DNA of 64,000 nt from Nitrososphaerota archaeon (GCA_038741355.1 JAVYLC010000002.1:8738-72737); one strand, 5' to 3'; positions 19,374 to 31,138 are shown, numbered from the stretch's first letter. Made by a program: numbers and translations. The notes: generated by a model not told the origin, from the sequence alone.

Positions 19374-20837
19374 TCTATTATATGCGTCGCGGAGCTCGGC
19401 TTGGAAGCGGCGGTGCCATGCCTCAAAGCCGCTCGGATCCTCTGGATACTTCTCGTATAAGGCTATCAGGCGCCTACTCTTCTCCGCGGTAAGCCTAAGC
19501 CCCTTTGCGAGCGTGGGGTCCTCTTTTATTCTCCTTCTCAACTCTCCATCGAGGAGATAGCGTGTCAGACTGGTGAGGAGTGGGAACCGCGGATGCTCAC
19601 GCCTCTTAATACTCTCAACATCCTCCTGCGAGAGGAAATACTTCATGCCAAAGCTGATCCTCTCGTTTGTGAGCCCTTGGAGATAGCGTCTAAGCACTTC
19701 AAAACTAGCCATCTGGTAACCGCGCCTCCTCACGTATTCAACATTATATTTCCATAGGCCCTTTTGGCTGACGTCTCCTGACTCGATGGCCTCTACGAGG
19801 CAACGCCCCAAAATAATACTCGCCTCGAGGGCAGGCCCAATCCCTCCTGCATCAATCGGTCTCGGCATCCACGCGGCGTCACCAACGATCGCAAAGCCGT
19901 TGGCTACGAGGCAGTCGTTTTGGCGTCGCACGGGAACCTGCCAGATGTTGAAGGTGTTGTTCTCGTCTAGGGGTGAGGTGGAGGGCCTCGGATTTTGCAC
20001 GGCACGGTTCAGGCTTAGATACTTCTCTATCAGGTCTTGGAGGCCTTCGTTGACGCCGAGGGCTGTGTTTCTCTTGTTGAGTAGGCGTCTCAGCACGCCG
20101 AGGCCTATGTTGGCTTTATTCTCCCCTTTTGGGAAGACCCAGGAGTAGCCGCCCGGGGCTAGGACTTGGTCTAGGTGTATGATGCAATAGCGGGGGTCAA
20201 ACCATGTCTCGTCCTCCTCTCCATGCTCAAACTCCACGATGTATCTACCTGTACCTATGATGTCGTTTTCCTTATCTATCTCCCTCTCGATGAAGCTAGG
20301 TATAGAAAGGTTAGAGCGAAGCTTTGAAGCAGAACCAGACGCATCAACTACCACTTTGGCGTAGAAGCTCAACTCCGCACCAGAGGCTAAGTCTTTACAT
20401 TTAACCCCCCGCACATACCCGTTATCGGCTATCAGTGTTTGGGCGTCTAGCCCGTGCCTCACCTCCACGCCGAATTTCTCGAGATACTCGAGCTGGCGTG
20501 CGGCCCAGACCCGCCTATTCAGAATGTAGCCCTCGCCGTCGAACAAGACCCTTGACTCGTGGTCGGGTGAGTAAACCAAGACGCCTTCAACCTTATGCTC
20601 GATCTCGGGGAAGCCATAAGAGATTCCGAGATTATTGCATGCGTAGTCCATGCTTTTCTTGCTGACCGCATCCCCACACGACCAGCCTGTCCGAGTCTTC
20701 TTACCAAACTCTTTTGAATCGTTTCTGTCGATCAGGAGTACTCTCAGCTGGCCTTTGGAGAATCGCTCCACAGCCATAGCGGTGTGGGCGCCCGCGACGC
20801 CTCCCCCGACAACTATAACGTCGTAGTCTATGTCCAC
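19359..20837 (-). CDS. FAD-dependent oxidoreductase, geranylgeranyl reductase family
   Basis: N-terminal dinucleotide fold YDVIVVGGGVAGAHTA. 492 aa, with a C-terminal extension beyond typical GGRs. Confidence 0.65.
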   Translation of the reverse strand: MDIDYDVIVVGGGVAGAHTAMAVERFSKGQLRVLLIDRNDSKEFGKKTRTGWSCGDAVSKKSMDYACNNLGISYGFPEIEHKVEGVLVYSPDHESRVLFDGEGYILNRRVWAARQLEYLEKFGVEVRHGLDAQTLIADNGYVRGVKCKDLASGAELSFYAKVVVDASGSASKLRSNLSIPSFIEREIDKENDIIGTGRYIVEFEHGEEDETWFDPRYCIIHLDQVLAPGGYSWVFPKGENKANIGLGVLRRLLNKRNTALGVNEGLQDLIEKYLSLNRAVQNPRPSTSPLDENNTFNIWQVPVRRQNDCLVANGFAIVGDAAWMPRPIDAGGIGPALEASIILGRCLVEAIESGDVSQKGLWKYNVEYVRRRGYQMASFEVLRRYLQGLTNERISFGMKYFLSQEDVESIKRREHPRFPLLTSLTRYLLDGELRRRIKEDPTLAKGLRLTAEKSRRLIALYEKYPEDPSGFEAWHRRFQAELRDAYNRLSPQ

Positions 20838-20903
20838 GCCTAATCCACTCTGGGAGCCCTTATTTAAAACGCTCTCACCCCTACAAACGAATTGAGGTGG
20901 AAG

Positions 20904-21515
20904 CTACAGTCTTTTCATTCTACCCCTGATTATCCTCTCGGCTCGCTTGGCGTCAGAGCTGTTCGCAACCCTGAAGAGGATATTCATTTTCTGGTCAAAG
21001 ACCTTTAGGGCTCCGATGTATATATACAGGACATTCTTTATGTGCTTAGTTATCTCGCCAATCTCCTCGCTCCCAGAGGCACTGCACGCCTCCAGAAAGG
21101 GCGTCTTTCTATAGGCTGAGAAGAGGTATTCAGCTCTCCCCTCAGCGTCCCTCAGAATTGCAGCCGAGAATTTCCTACAAGACTCAAGGATAAACGTCGT
21201 GAACTCTTGACTAACAAGGGGGGCGTCGCAGGGGAGTATCAAGAACCTGTCAGACTCTGAGAGGGGCATGTAAGATTTCAGCGCACTCCCCAGTCCCGCC
21301 TTGCTGACGTGTATCCTCGCCATATACTTCTCGGCAGTCTCAGAGTACGCCTCTTTCCCCGCCTCATCACCCACCCAGATCACCAGCTCATCCACCTCAT
21401 CGGGCAGGGAATCCAAGACATACTCGATCAATGGCTTATCGAGAATCCGGTAAAGCCCCCTCTGAACTCGGCCTATCTCCGTAAAATCGGTCAAAACTAT
21501 TGCAGTGGATGTCAA
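20904..21515 (-). CDS. MobA-like NTP-transferase domain protein with degenerate nucleotide-binding loop
   Basis: ILDKPLIEYVL and FLILPCDAPLV resemble MobA. The N-terminal GG.S.RMG loop is replaced by LTDFTEIG. Confidence 0.4.
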   Translation of the reverse strand: MTSTAIVLTDFTEIGRVQRGLYRILDKPLIEYVLDSLPDEVDELVIWVGDEAGKEAYSETAEKYMARIHVSKAGLGSALKSYMPLSESDRFLILPCDAPLVSQEFTTFILESCRKFSAAILRDAEGRAEYLFSAYRKTPFLEACSASGSEEIGEITKHIKNVLYIYIGALKVFDQKMNILFRVANSSDAKRAERIIRGRMKRL

Positions 21516-21661
21516 GGTCTTGACATTGAACTTAATGGGTCTGCTCTAATTAAGATTATTTAGAGACTAGTATTGGAGTTTCAGAGTATTGCGCCTATAG
21601 TCTCCGAGCGGGGGGCCCTACGAAACCTAAATACCTTCCTGAGGGGTTTGCCACTTGATAC

Positions 21662-22279
21662 ATGTTGAAAAACCCCTTCAAGAGGGATGTTGGACACGGG
21701 AGAGGGATAGTCGGCTCTGATAGCAGGTACCTAGAGATAGTCACAGCCCTGAAGATTCAGTCTGAGAAGCTGAACAGGACGGCGCAGAGGCTCATGTCAA
21801 GGGGCAAAGAGCTATTCGAGCAGTGTGTTAGGGCGCAGCAGGAGGGAGACACAGGACGCGCGACAATCTATGCCAACGAGATTGCACAGCTTAGGAAGAT
21901 GTCCAGAGTGGTTGTCCGGAGCCAGCTTTCACTCGAAAAGGTCATCTTGAGGCTTGAGACCGTAAAGGAGTTTGGTGACGTTATGCACGTCCTCGGCCCC
22001 GCTACCGCCATTATAAAGCACGTCCAGTCAGACTTGGCAGGGGTTGTGCCCGAGGTTGCGGAGAATCTACGATATGTAGACGAGATGCTCGAGGGCTTGA
22101 TCATCGAGGCCGGATCAGTCACCGGGTCCATAACAAGCGTCTCTGTAAGCGACGGTGAAGCCCAGAAGATACTCCAAGAAGCCTCGGAGATTGCGGCGCA
22201 GAGAATGAAGACAGCATTCCCAGAGATTCCTGAGTCACTCAAGGTAAGCGAGGCCGGTTCCGAGACGAAGACGATCTGA
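21662..22279 (+). CDS. Snf7/ESCRT-III-like (CdvB-like) coiled-coil protein
   Basis: 205 aa. Basic N-terminus and acidic C-terminus. Heptad-rich helices in an Snf7-like arrangement. No CdvA or Vps4 homolog occurs in this window. Confidence 0.4.
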   Translation: MLKNPFKRDVGHGRGIVGSDSRYLEIVTALKIQSEKLNRTAQRLMSRGKELFEQCVRAQQEGDTGRATIYANEIAQLRKMSRVVVRSQLSLEKVILRLETVKEFGDVMHVLGPATAIIKHVQSDLAGVVPEVAENLRYVDEMLEGLIIEAGSVTGSITSVSVSDGEAQKILQEASEIAAQRMKTAFPEIPESLKVSEAGSETKTI

Positions 22280-22382
22280 TAAAGCTTCGACTCGAAGTCC
22301 ATTACATACATAGCCTAATTTTTATCTATCCCGAAAACCTTACCTTCAGTCATAGAGTTAGCTGTAAGGGTGGTTAGAGGGA

Positions 22383-22802
22383 GTGTCTGAGGAGAGGCGG
22401 GCAATAGCTGCGGCCAGCGCGCTTGTCGAGAAAGAGGGGAAGGTGCTGCTAGTGAGGCGTGGAAGAATGCCAGCCCGCGGGAAATGGGCCCTACCAGGGG
22501 GTGCCGTCCGGTGGGGTGAGCCGATTAGAGACGCAGCTGTGAGGGAGGTCTTAGAGGAGACCAGCGTCCTGATAGAAGTGGGTCAGATCCTAGATGTCGT
22601 CGACGTCTTCTATAGAGAAGGTGGCGAGCTTCTATACCACTACGTGGTCGTCTGCTTTGCCGGCAGGTATCTTGGAGGAGATTTGAAGCCGGGAACAGAT
22701 GCCGAGGATGCTAGATGGGTCCCGATAAATGAGCTGAGAAACTACGATATCACGCCTACCGCTTGGAAAGTAATTGCGCGGGTATTTGGCATCAAACAAT
22801 GA
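22383..22802 (+). CDS. NUDIX hydrolase
   Basis: Nudix box GGAVRWGEPIRDAAVREVLEETSV. Confidence 0.75.
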   Translation: MSEERRAIAAASALVEKEGKVLLVRRGRMPARGKWALPGGAVRWGEPIRDAAVREVLEETSVLIEVGQILDVVDVFYREGGELLYHYVVVCFAGRYLGGDLKPGTDAEDARWVPINELRNYDITPTAWKVIARVFGIKQ

Positions 22803-23703
22803 AGAGCGGCTCTGAATCCCTTATGACGCGAGGCTCCACGCTCCTAAGTCCCACATAGTGCCTCGTCAATTCTCGAAGAGCCTCGTGCGTGGCCCCTCCA
22901 TAGAACCTGAGACCTCTGACCCCCGCCCTTATAAGAATTCTATCGACCTCTACCCCTCCAAGCGACTCTAGGCCTCTCTTCTTAGAGCCGTAGAGGAAAC
23001 CCCATACAGAAGAGAACGATATGATGAAGGTAGCCAGCTCGGAGACATTGGTAAAGGCTGTTTGCATCGTCTTTTTTATAGACTGGTATGCTAGCGGTGT
23101 GTGGGTGGGGGATGTGGCGTGGGTGGCTACAACGCCGTTCTCTGAGAGTTTTGAGTGCAGGAGTGAGTAAAACTCTGAGGTGTAGAGAAGGTAGGATGGG
23201 CCGTGCTCGAGGGGGTCGGTGACATCCACTATAAAGACATCTACGTTACCCGCTAGTTTCTCAGCCACCCAATTCCTCCCATCCTCAAAGAAAAGCCTCA
23301 CTCGTGGGTCATGAAACGCGCCCGAGGAAAGTTGGGGCAAATATTTCTGACAAAGCTCTACCACCTCCCTATCTAGATCTATTAAGAACACCTCCTCAAC
23401 TGTCTGCCATCTGAGAACCTCCCTGAGGGCTGCCCCCTCTCCACCTCCTATAATGACCACGCGTCTAGGCTCTCCACTTAGACACATGGCTGGATGGACG
23501 AGTGTTTCATGGTAGATGTGCTCGTCTAGTAGGGATGACTGCATTTTGCCGTCTAGGAGTAGGCAGGGGCCGTAGGGCTCTGTCTCCAGTATTTCAAGCC
23601 TCTGATAACTCGTCCTACCCCTATAAAATGGCTTAATAACCCTAAATGACTCGACTACTCCATCAGAGATCCATTCTGTATACCAGTAGGCCAGCTCATC
23701 CAC
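22792..23703 (-). CDS. speE: polyamine aminopropyltransferase (spermidine synthase family)
   Basis: VVIIGGGEGAALREV followed by DLD and DVTDP. 303 aa. Overlaps the upstream decarboxylase gene by 8 bp. Confidence 0.8.
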   Translation of the reverse strand: MDELAYWYTEWISDGVVESFRVIKPFYRGRTSYQRLEILETEPYGPCLLLDGKMQSSLLDEHIYHETLVHPAMCLSGEPRRVVIIGGGEGAALREVLRWQTVEEVFLIDLDREVVELCQKYLPQLSSGAFHDPRVRLFFEDGRNWVAEKLAGNVDVFIVDVTDPLEHGPSYLLYTSEFYSLLHSKLSENGVVATHATSPTHTPLAYQSIKKTMQTAFTNVSELATFIISFSSVWGFLYGSKKRGLESLGGVEVDRILIRAGVRGLRFYGGATHEALRELTRHYVGLRSVEPRVIRDSEPLFIV

Positions 23704-24166
23704 CTCTAAGCCTCTCTCCTTGGGCCTGAAGATTCACATGCCTATTCCTGTAAACGTTTAGTCCGCGTATTATCTCAAATGCCCCCACGTTCGCCGGCTC
23801 AAGCCTACCCACTATCAGCTCATAGGCCTTCCAAGGATCCACGCCCTCCCCACATGTGTAGATGTCGAGCGCCGCGTAGCCGAGCTCTGGCCACGTATGT
23901 ATTGAGATGTGGCTTTCCTTAATCACAACTATTGCCGAGACTCCCCCGCCCCCGCTAAACCTCTCAGAATACTTGCCCACTATGGTGGCGCCGCTATAGA
24001 GGGCCGCCTCAGTCAAAAGCTCGTTTAGCAGATCTGCATCACTTAAAATGCGGGGGTCACATCCGAATAACTCTACGATTAGGTGTCTGCCAAGGCCCTT
24101 TGAATTTGAAACGGGGTGTCCAGCCCGGCTCCCACCCCTCATCTCGGCAATATTTTCATTTAACAA
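23696..24166 (-). CDS. speH: pyruvoyl-dependent S-adenosylmethionine decarboxylase proenzyme (or its arginine decarboxylase paralog)
   Basis: The self-cleavage motif ESHISIHTWPE is present. 156 aa. Confidence 0.8.
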   Translation of the reverse strand: MLNENIAEMRGGSRAGHPVSNSKGLGRHLIVELFGCDPRILSDADLLNELLTEAALYSGATIVGKYSERFSGGGGVSAIVVIKESHISIHTWPELGYAALDIYTCGEGVDPWKAYELIVGRLEPANVGAFEIIRGLNVYRNRHVNLQAQGERLRGG

Positions 24167-24243
24167 TCTAAATATTAAGTTTTGTCGATTCTAAGTGGTT
24201 AGTGAAGTAAAGATTTTATGGTTGATGGCTCCTTAATTGTTAG

Positions 24244-26415
<2,172 letters not shown>

Positions 26416-26459
26416 ACCTGGCCTCAGGTTAAATAGAAGGCGTTGGGGTTGGATTTCTG

Positions 26460-27116
26460 ATGGACTCGACCTCGACGTGGATAGGTGTGGTAATGATCCT
26501 TCTGGGGGTGGTGGGCATATTCCTGACGTATTCAGGAATCTCCCACACCTTCGAGCTTGGGCTCCAGGCCCTATCCTCCCTACTCTTATTCATGGGTGTC
26601 ATAATCTTCGCGGGGGGTCTTGCGAGAGGCGGATTCCCAAACGTGAAGCCAGTACACATCGCAGCCATAGGGCTAGTGGTCTTCATTTCCACCGCAGGCC
26701 TCACGGTCTCCGCCGTCACATACACAGGACCCTTCAAGCTTCTAAAGGCTAAAGAGGAGTTCAAGGAATCCCCCATAAAGGTCATAGTAAACATTATCCC
26801 CGGCTCTTGGGACCCAAATCAGCAAGACAATTTTGTGCCAAAGAGCATTCGTGTTGTGTTAAACATCAACCACACGATAGTCTGGATTAATAGGGAGAAC
26901 ATAGATGTCTCCCACACGGTCACACATGTCAACAGGCTATTCGACTCGGGCCTCTTCGGGCCAGGGATAAACTGGAGCTACTCCTTCAGAGACCCTGGCT
27001 CGTACCAGTACTTCTGTATTCCACACCCATGGATGAGAGGGTCGGTTGAGGTAGTCCAACTCCCGGACGAGGAGGTCCAGCAAATCCTCTCCTCCCTCGG
27101 ATTAGGGAGTGAATAA
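26460..27116 (+). CDS. membrane-anchored type-1 copper protein (amicyanin/sulfocyanin-like cupredoxin)
   Basis: 3 N-terminal TM helices. Copper ligands: an H in VSHTVTHV, then YQYFCIPHPWM, which gives C-x2-H-x2-M (amicyanin-like spacing). Confidence 0.7.
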   Translation: MDSTSTWIGVVMILLGVVGIFLTYSGISHTFELGLQALSSLLLFMGVIIFAGGLARGGFPNVKPVHIAAIGLVVFISTAGLTVSAVTYTGPFKLLKAKEEFKESPIKVIVNIIPGSWDPNQQDNFVPKSIRVVLNINHTIVWINRENIDVSHTVTHVNRLFDSGLFGPGINWSYSFRDPGSYQYFCIPHPWMRGSVEVVQLPDEEVQQILSSLGLGSE

Positions 27117-27787
27117 TGGGTAGCGTTGAGCAGCCTATAGCCATCTTGGGTGGAACCGCTGGGTTAGGGAGGGCACTTGCCGTAAGGCTCGCGCTGGCCG
27201 GACGCAGGGTAATTATAGGCTCACGGAGCGAAGATAGAGCGGTGAAGGCCGCGGAAGAGGTTAACAGGATTACATCTACGAATTTGGCTTCGGGTGGCTT
27301 AAACGAGTCAGCTGCCGCAAAGGCCGACCTTGTCTTCTACGCCATCCCCTTCTCCGGTCTCTACCAGCTTGCTAAGAGCGTTAAAAGGGTCATGAAGGTG
27401 GGATCCATAGCTGTTTCCTGCGTCGTTCCCCTGGAATCCGAGTTAGGCGGCGGACCCGAATATTTGGAGCCCTCCACCGGGTCTGCGGCCGAGGCCCTCC
27501 AAGCAATCTTGGGAGATGGGGTGAAGGTTGTGTCGGCGCTGACCTACGTGTCGGCCAATGCGCTCGAGGATTTGAACAGTCCGGTCGACTGTGACGTGGT
27601 GGTCTGTGGCGAGAAGGAGGCTTCTAGGGAGGTCATGGATGTCCTATCGCTGATTAAGGGTGTCAGGCCACTCTACGCAGGCGGACTGAAATACTCCAGA
27701 ATCACCGAGAGGCTGACAGTGCTACTGATAAGGCTGAACCGGCAATATAGCTCTGACAGGGCTGGAATAAGGTTTACATATATCTGA
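27116..27787 (+). CDS. NADP-binding Rossmann oxidoreductase, F420-dependent NADP reductase (Fno/NpdG)-like
   Basis: IAILGGTAGLGRALAVRLALAGRRVIIGSR. Its ATG overlaps the cupredoxin stop (TAATG). Confidence 0.5.
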   Translation: MGSVEQPIAILGGTAGLGRALAVRLALAGRRVIIGSRSEDRAVKAAEEVNRITSTNLASGGLNESAAAKADLVFYAIPFSGLYQLAKSVKRVMKVGSIAVSCVVPLESELGGGPEYLEPSTGSAAEALQAILGDGVKVVSALTYVSANALEDLNSPVDCDVVVCGEKEASREVMDVLSLIKGVRPLYAGGLKYSRITERLTVLLIRLNRQYSSDRAGIRFTYI

Positions 27788-27809
27788 GGTAGGCCGCGGG
27801 TATTGTAGG

Positions 27810-29168
27810 TTGAGGGAAGCAAGCCAGGCGATCTTCAGGGCATACGACATCCGTGGAAGATATCCGGCAGACCTAGACGAGGCCATCGCTTATCGCGTCG
27901 GCCTATCCTTTGCGAAGATGCTTGGTGGTGAGGGCAGGGTCCTCGTTGGGAGGGATGTCAGGCTAAGCGGTCTAAGCCTCTCACAGGCAGTGATGGCAGG
28001 CCTTTTTGATGGAGGTGTTGAGGTCGAAGATGCCGGCATGGTTCCTACACCTGTCCTATACTTCGGTGTTGTTGAGCTGGGCTACAATGGTGGAGTACAA
28101 GTCACGGCGAGCCACAACCCTCCCGAGTGGAATGGCTTCAAGCTAGTGTTGGGCGACGGCGAGACTGTATCAGAACTACGCGGGATGAGCACGCTCAAGA
28201 AAATATTCTTCGAGGGGGTTAGAGTGGACCGGGCCTGGAAGGCGGAGGCAGAGGAGGTAGATATCATCTCACACTACATCGAGAGGGTTAAAGGTCTTGT
28301 AAGACCTCGGAAGAAGGTCAGGCTGCTTGTAGATTTCTCGAACGGCGCGGGGGGCGTCATAGGACCAAGGCTCCTGAGAGAGGTTGGATGCGACTTGATA
28401 CCACTTAACGAGGAGCCTGATGGAAGTTTCCCAGCCCACCCGCCGGAGCCTACACCCGAGACCCTCAAACAGCTCGTAGAAACCATGAGGCGAGGGGAGG
28501 CGGATCTGGGGGCCGGACTGGACGGAGATGCAGACCGATCAGTATTTCTAGATGAAAAGGGAAGGTTTCTCGAGGGCGACCTCACACTAGCGGTCTTCCT
28601 CCACGGACTCGATAAGAAGGGTAAGATAGTCTATGATGTGAGCTGTAGCTCTGTTGTAGAAGAGGTCGGTAGGAGGCTCGGATTCGAGCCAGTTCTGAGC
28701 AGGACAGGACGCGCCTTCATGCTCAGCAAGGTTAGAGAGGTTGGAGCCGTTATAGGCGGTGAGAAGAGCAATCACATATACTTCTCAGAACTTCACGGTT
28801 TTGACGACGGCATCTACGCCGTAGCAAAGATGGCTGAGCTCGTCTCAAGGCTCGACCAGCCCCTATCCAAGCTGGTGGATAGCCTCCCAAAATACTATGC
28901 ATCCAGCATCAGAGTTGTAGAGGTTCCAGACGAGCTGAAGCAGAGGGTCGTCGAGAAAGTGGCTGAGATGCTCCGCCCCAAGGCCCTAAAAATCATAGAC
29001 ATCGACGGCTTCAAGGCCTTCTTCAAGGATGGCTGGGTTCTCGTCAGACCCTCAAACACGATGCCCCAGGTAAAATATACGGCCGAGTCAACGACGCCGG
29101 ACGGTCTCAACAGGCTCACCCGGATGGCGGAAGAGGCCATCAAAGAGGTGCTGAAGACGGGTGTCTGA
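27810..29168 (+). CDS. phosphoglucomutase/phosphomannomutase family protein
   Basis: Active-site serine loop TASHNPPEWNGFK and metal loop DGDADR. Confidence 0.8.
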   Translation: MREASQAIFRAYDIRGRYPADLDEAIAYRVGLSFAKMLGGEGRVLVGRDVRLSGLSLSQAVMAGLFDGGVEVEDAGMVPTPVLYFGVVELGYNGGVQVTASHNPPEWNGFKLVLGDGETVSELRGMSTLKKIFFEGVRVDRAWKAEAEEVDIISHYIERVKGLVRPRKKVRLLVDFSNGAGGVIGPRLLREVGCDLIPLNEEPDGSFPAHPPEPTPETLKQLVETMRRGEADLGAGLDGDADRSVFLDEKGRFLEGDLTLAVFLHGLDKKGKIVYDVSCSSVVEEVGRRLGFEPVLSRTGRAFMLSKVREVGAVIGGEKSNHIYFSELHGFDDGIYAVAKMAELVSRLDQPLSKLVDSLPKYYASSIRVVEVPDELKQRVVEKVAEMLRPKALKIIDIDGFKAFFKDGWVLVRPSNTMPQVKYTAESTTPDGLNRLTRMAEEAIKEVLKTGV

Positions 29169-29850
29169 CTTCTCGGCGCTGAGCGACTTCTTTAGGCAGC
29201 TTGAAGTCTATGCGGTTAGGACCGGGTATCCGGGAGTCTTCCTACTCTCTCTGCTTGGGAGTGCGATACCCTTTCTCCCCTTCCCCTACCTATTCATAGT
29301 AGTTATCCTCTCAGGTGTCCTCGACCCTCTCCTGCTCGGACTCGTCTCGGGCCTTGGTGGAGCGATCGGGAAGATCACTTCCTATCTACTCGGCAGATTG
29401 GGGTACAGATTTCTTGGACGTGAAAAGAGGCGGAGCATGGATGCGCTTAACAGGCTGATAGGGAGGTATGGCTCCATAGGTGTATTCATATTCGCCCTAA
29501 CACCACTCCCCGACGACGTCTACTACATACCCATCGGCATGACAAGATACTCCTTCGCAAAATTCATGATCTACAGCACGGCAGGCAAGGTGCTCCTGGC
29601 AATCTTTGTCGCATATGCCGGGCGGACATACATGGAGGCGTTAGATGTACTTCTAAATGGAGGTCCTGGCGCAACTATCATCTCAATAGCTGCGCTTGTG
29701 GCAATAACAATCATCATTTTGAGAGTCGACTGGGAGCTGCTTGCACACCATCTCGAAAAGGGTGGTGTGAGGGCTGTCCTAGCCAATCTGGCAGAGATAC
29801 TTTCCTTGAGGCGGAACAAGACAAAGGTGGGAGACTCTGGTCCAAAGTAG
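29161..29850 (+). CDS. DedA/VTT-domain membrane protein
   Basis: 229-aa multi-TM protein with a DedA-like G-rich reentrant motif. Confidence 0.6.
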   Translation: MSDFSALSDFFRQLEVYAVRTGYPGVFLLSLLGSAIPFLPFPYLFIVVILSGVLDPLLLGLVSGLGGAIGKITSYLLGRLGYRFLGREKRRSMDALNRLIGRYGSIGVFIFALTPLPDDVYYIPIGMTRYSFAKFMIYSTAGKVLLAIFVAYAGRTYMEALDVLLNGGPGATIISIAALVAITIIILRVDWELLAHHLEKGGVRAVLANLAEILSLRRNKTKVGDSGPK

Positions 29851-29905
29851 CAGATGCCTTATTCGCTGATAAGGTTTTAGACTCTGCCAAGTCAATATAA
29901 GTTCT

Positions 29906-31138
29906 GTGGGAGAGGGGAAGCTGCTCTCAGGCCGCCAGTATAAGAGCTACGAGATCGGAATAATCGATGAGAACTCTGCATACCTCGGTGTCGAGAGGAG
30001 AATCCTAATGGAGAACGCGGGAGCGGCCGTGGCTAGGGTGGTGGCTAGAGAGGTGCCAGAGCTCGCAGCCGCCAGAGTACTCGTTGTTGCAGGCCCCGGG
30101 AATAATGGCGGTGACGCCTTTGTTGCCGCACGCCACCTAGCTGGCAGGGTCTCTAGACTATCTGTTGTCCTGCTGGCTAGGCCTGACCAGATAAGGACCC
30201 CTGAGGCGGCAGCCAACTGGGAGGCGATTTGCAGAATGAGGCGGAGCGTCGACTATTATATCGTGGACACACTTGAGGCTCTAGGCAGGCTCCAGCAACT
30301 CTTCAAACAGGCCGACGTCATAATAGACGGTATATTCGGAACCGGCATCCGAGGGGAGATCAGAGAACCGTACAAAACAGCCATCAACCTCATCAACTCC
30401 TCCGGTGCTAGGGTCTTCTCAATAGACGTTCCGTCCGGCATGGACCCGGACACGGGGAAATACACCACCACCGTCAGGCCGAGTGTCACGATTACACTCC
30501 ACGGCGCCAAGCCCTTCATGACTTTTCAACATGAGCTGGCGGGCAAAACCTACGTCGAGCCAATCGGTGCACCACCTGATGCCGAGACTATAGCCGGCCC
30601 AGGCGACCTATTCTACTCCCTGTCAAGGTTGAAGCAGCCCATGTCGGCTAGTGTGAGGGGTGGTGCTGAGGAGGCTCGGGGAGCGACCGAGGCCTTGAAG
30701 ATACTCGGCATGGATCCGTGGATGGAGGTGCTTGGAGAAGGGTTGACTGTGACGGTTGGCGGTCTTCTGGCCGGCTACGGGGTCGGAGGAAGCGTTAGAA
30801 TCCTTGGAGCCCTAGTAAAGCCAGTCCAAGAGCAGGTTGTAGCGGATGCGGCAGGCCTCGCGAAGACCCTTGGAAAGCCTGTCTACCTAGTGGGTGGTAG
30901 TGACTCAATCTCGGACGGCGTCTACCAGAAGTCCAACTGGATCGAGCCGCCAGTCAGCTCAAAATTCGTCCTAGGCGTGGCCACCTCCCTCTCAGCAGCC
31001 TTCCTAGCGAGTGGTGTTGAGCCGATCTACGCCCTAGGAGCGGCGTGCTATGCGGCTCGGAGACCGCTGAGGGGTAGAGGCCTAGAGGACTGGGGGGCAT
31101 ACCTTGATGGGCTTAGACGACTCCTCCTGATGAAATAG
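29906..31138 (+). CDS. nnr: NAD(P)H-hydrate repair enzyme (YjeF_N epimerase domain plus dehydratase-like C-terminus)
   Basis: ENAGAAVARVVARE and VVAGPGNNGGDAFVAARHL are YjeF_N motifs. The C-terminal half has a G-rich kinase-like fold. Confidence 0.55.
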   Translation: MGEGKLLSGRQYKSYEIGIIDENSAYLGVERRILMENAGAAVARVVAREVPELAAARVLVVAGPGNNGGDAFVAARHLAGRVSRLSVVLLARPDQIRTPEAAANWEAICRMRRSVDYYIVDTLEALGRLQQLFKQADVIIDGIFGTGIRGEIREPYKTAINLINSSGARVFSIDVPSGMDPDTGKYTTTVRPSVTITLHGAKPFMTFQHELAGKTYVEPIGAPPDAETIAGPGDLFYSLSRLKQPMSASVRGGAEEARGATEALKILGMDPWMEVLGEGLTVTVGGLLAGYGVGGSVRILGALVKPVQEQVVADAAGLAKTLGKPVYLVGGSDSISDGVYQKSNWIEPPVSSKFVLGVATSLSAAFLASGVEPIYALGAACYAARRPLRGRGLEDWGAYLDGLRRLLLMK

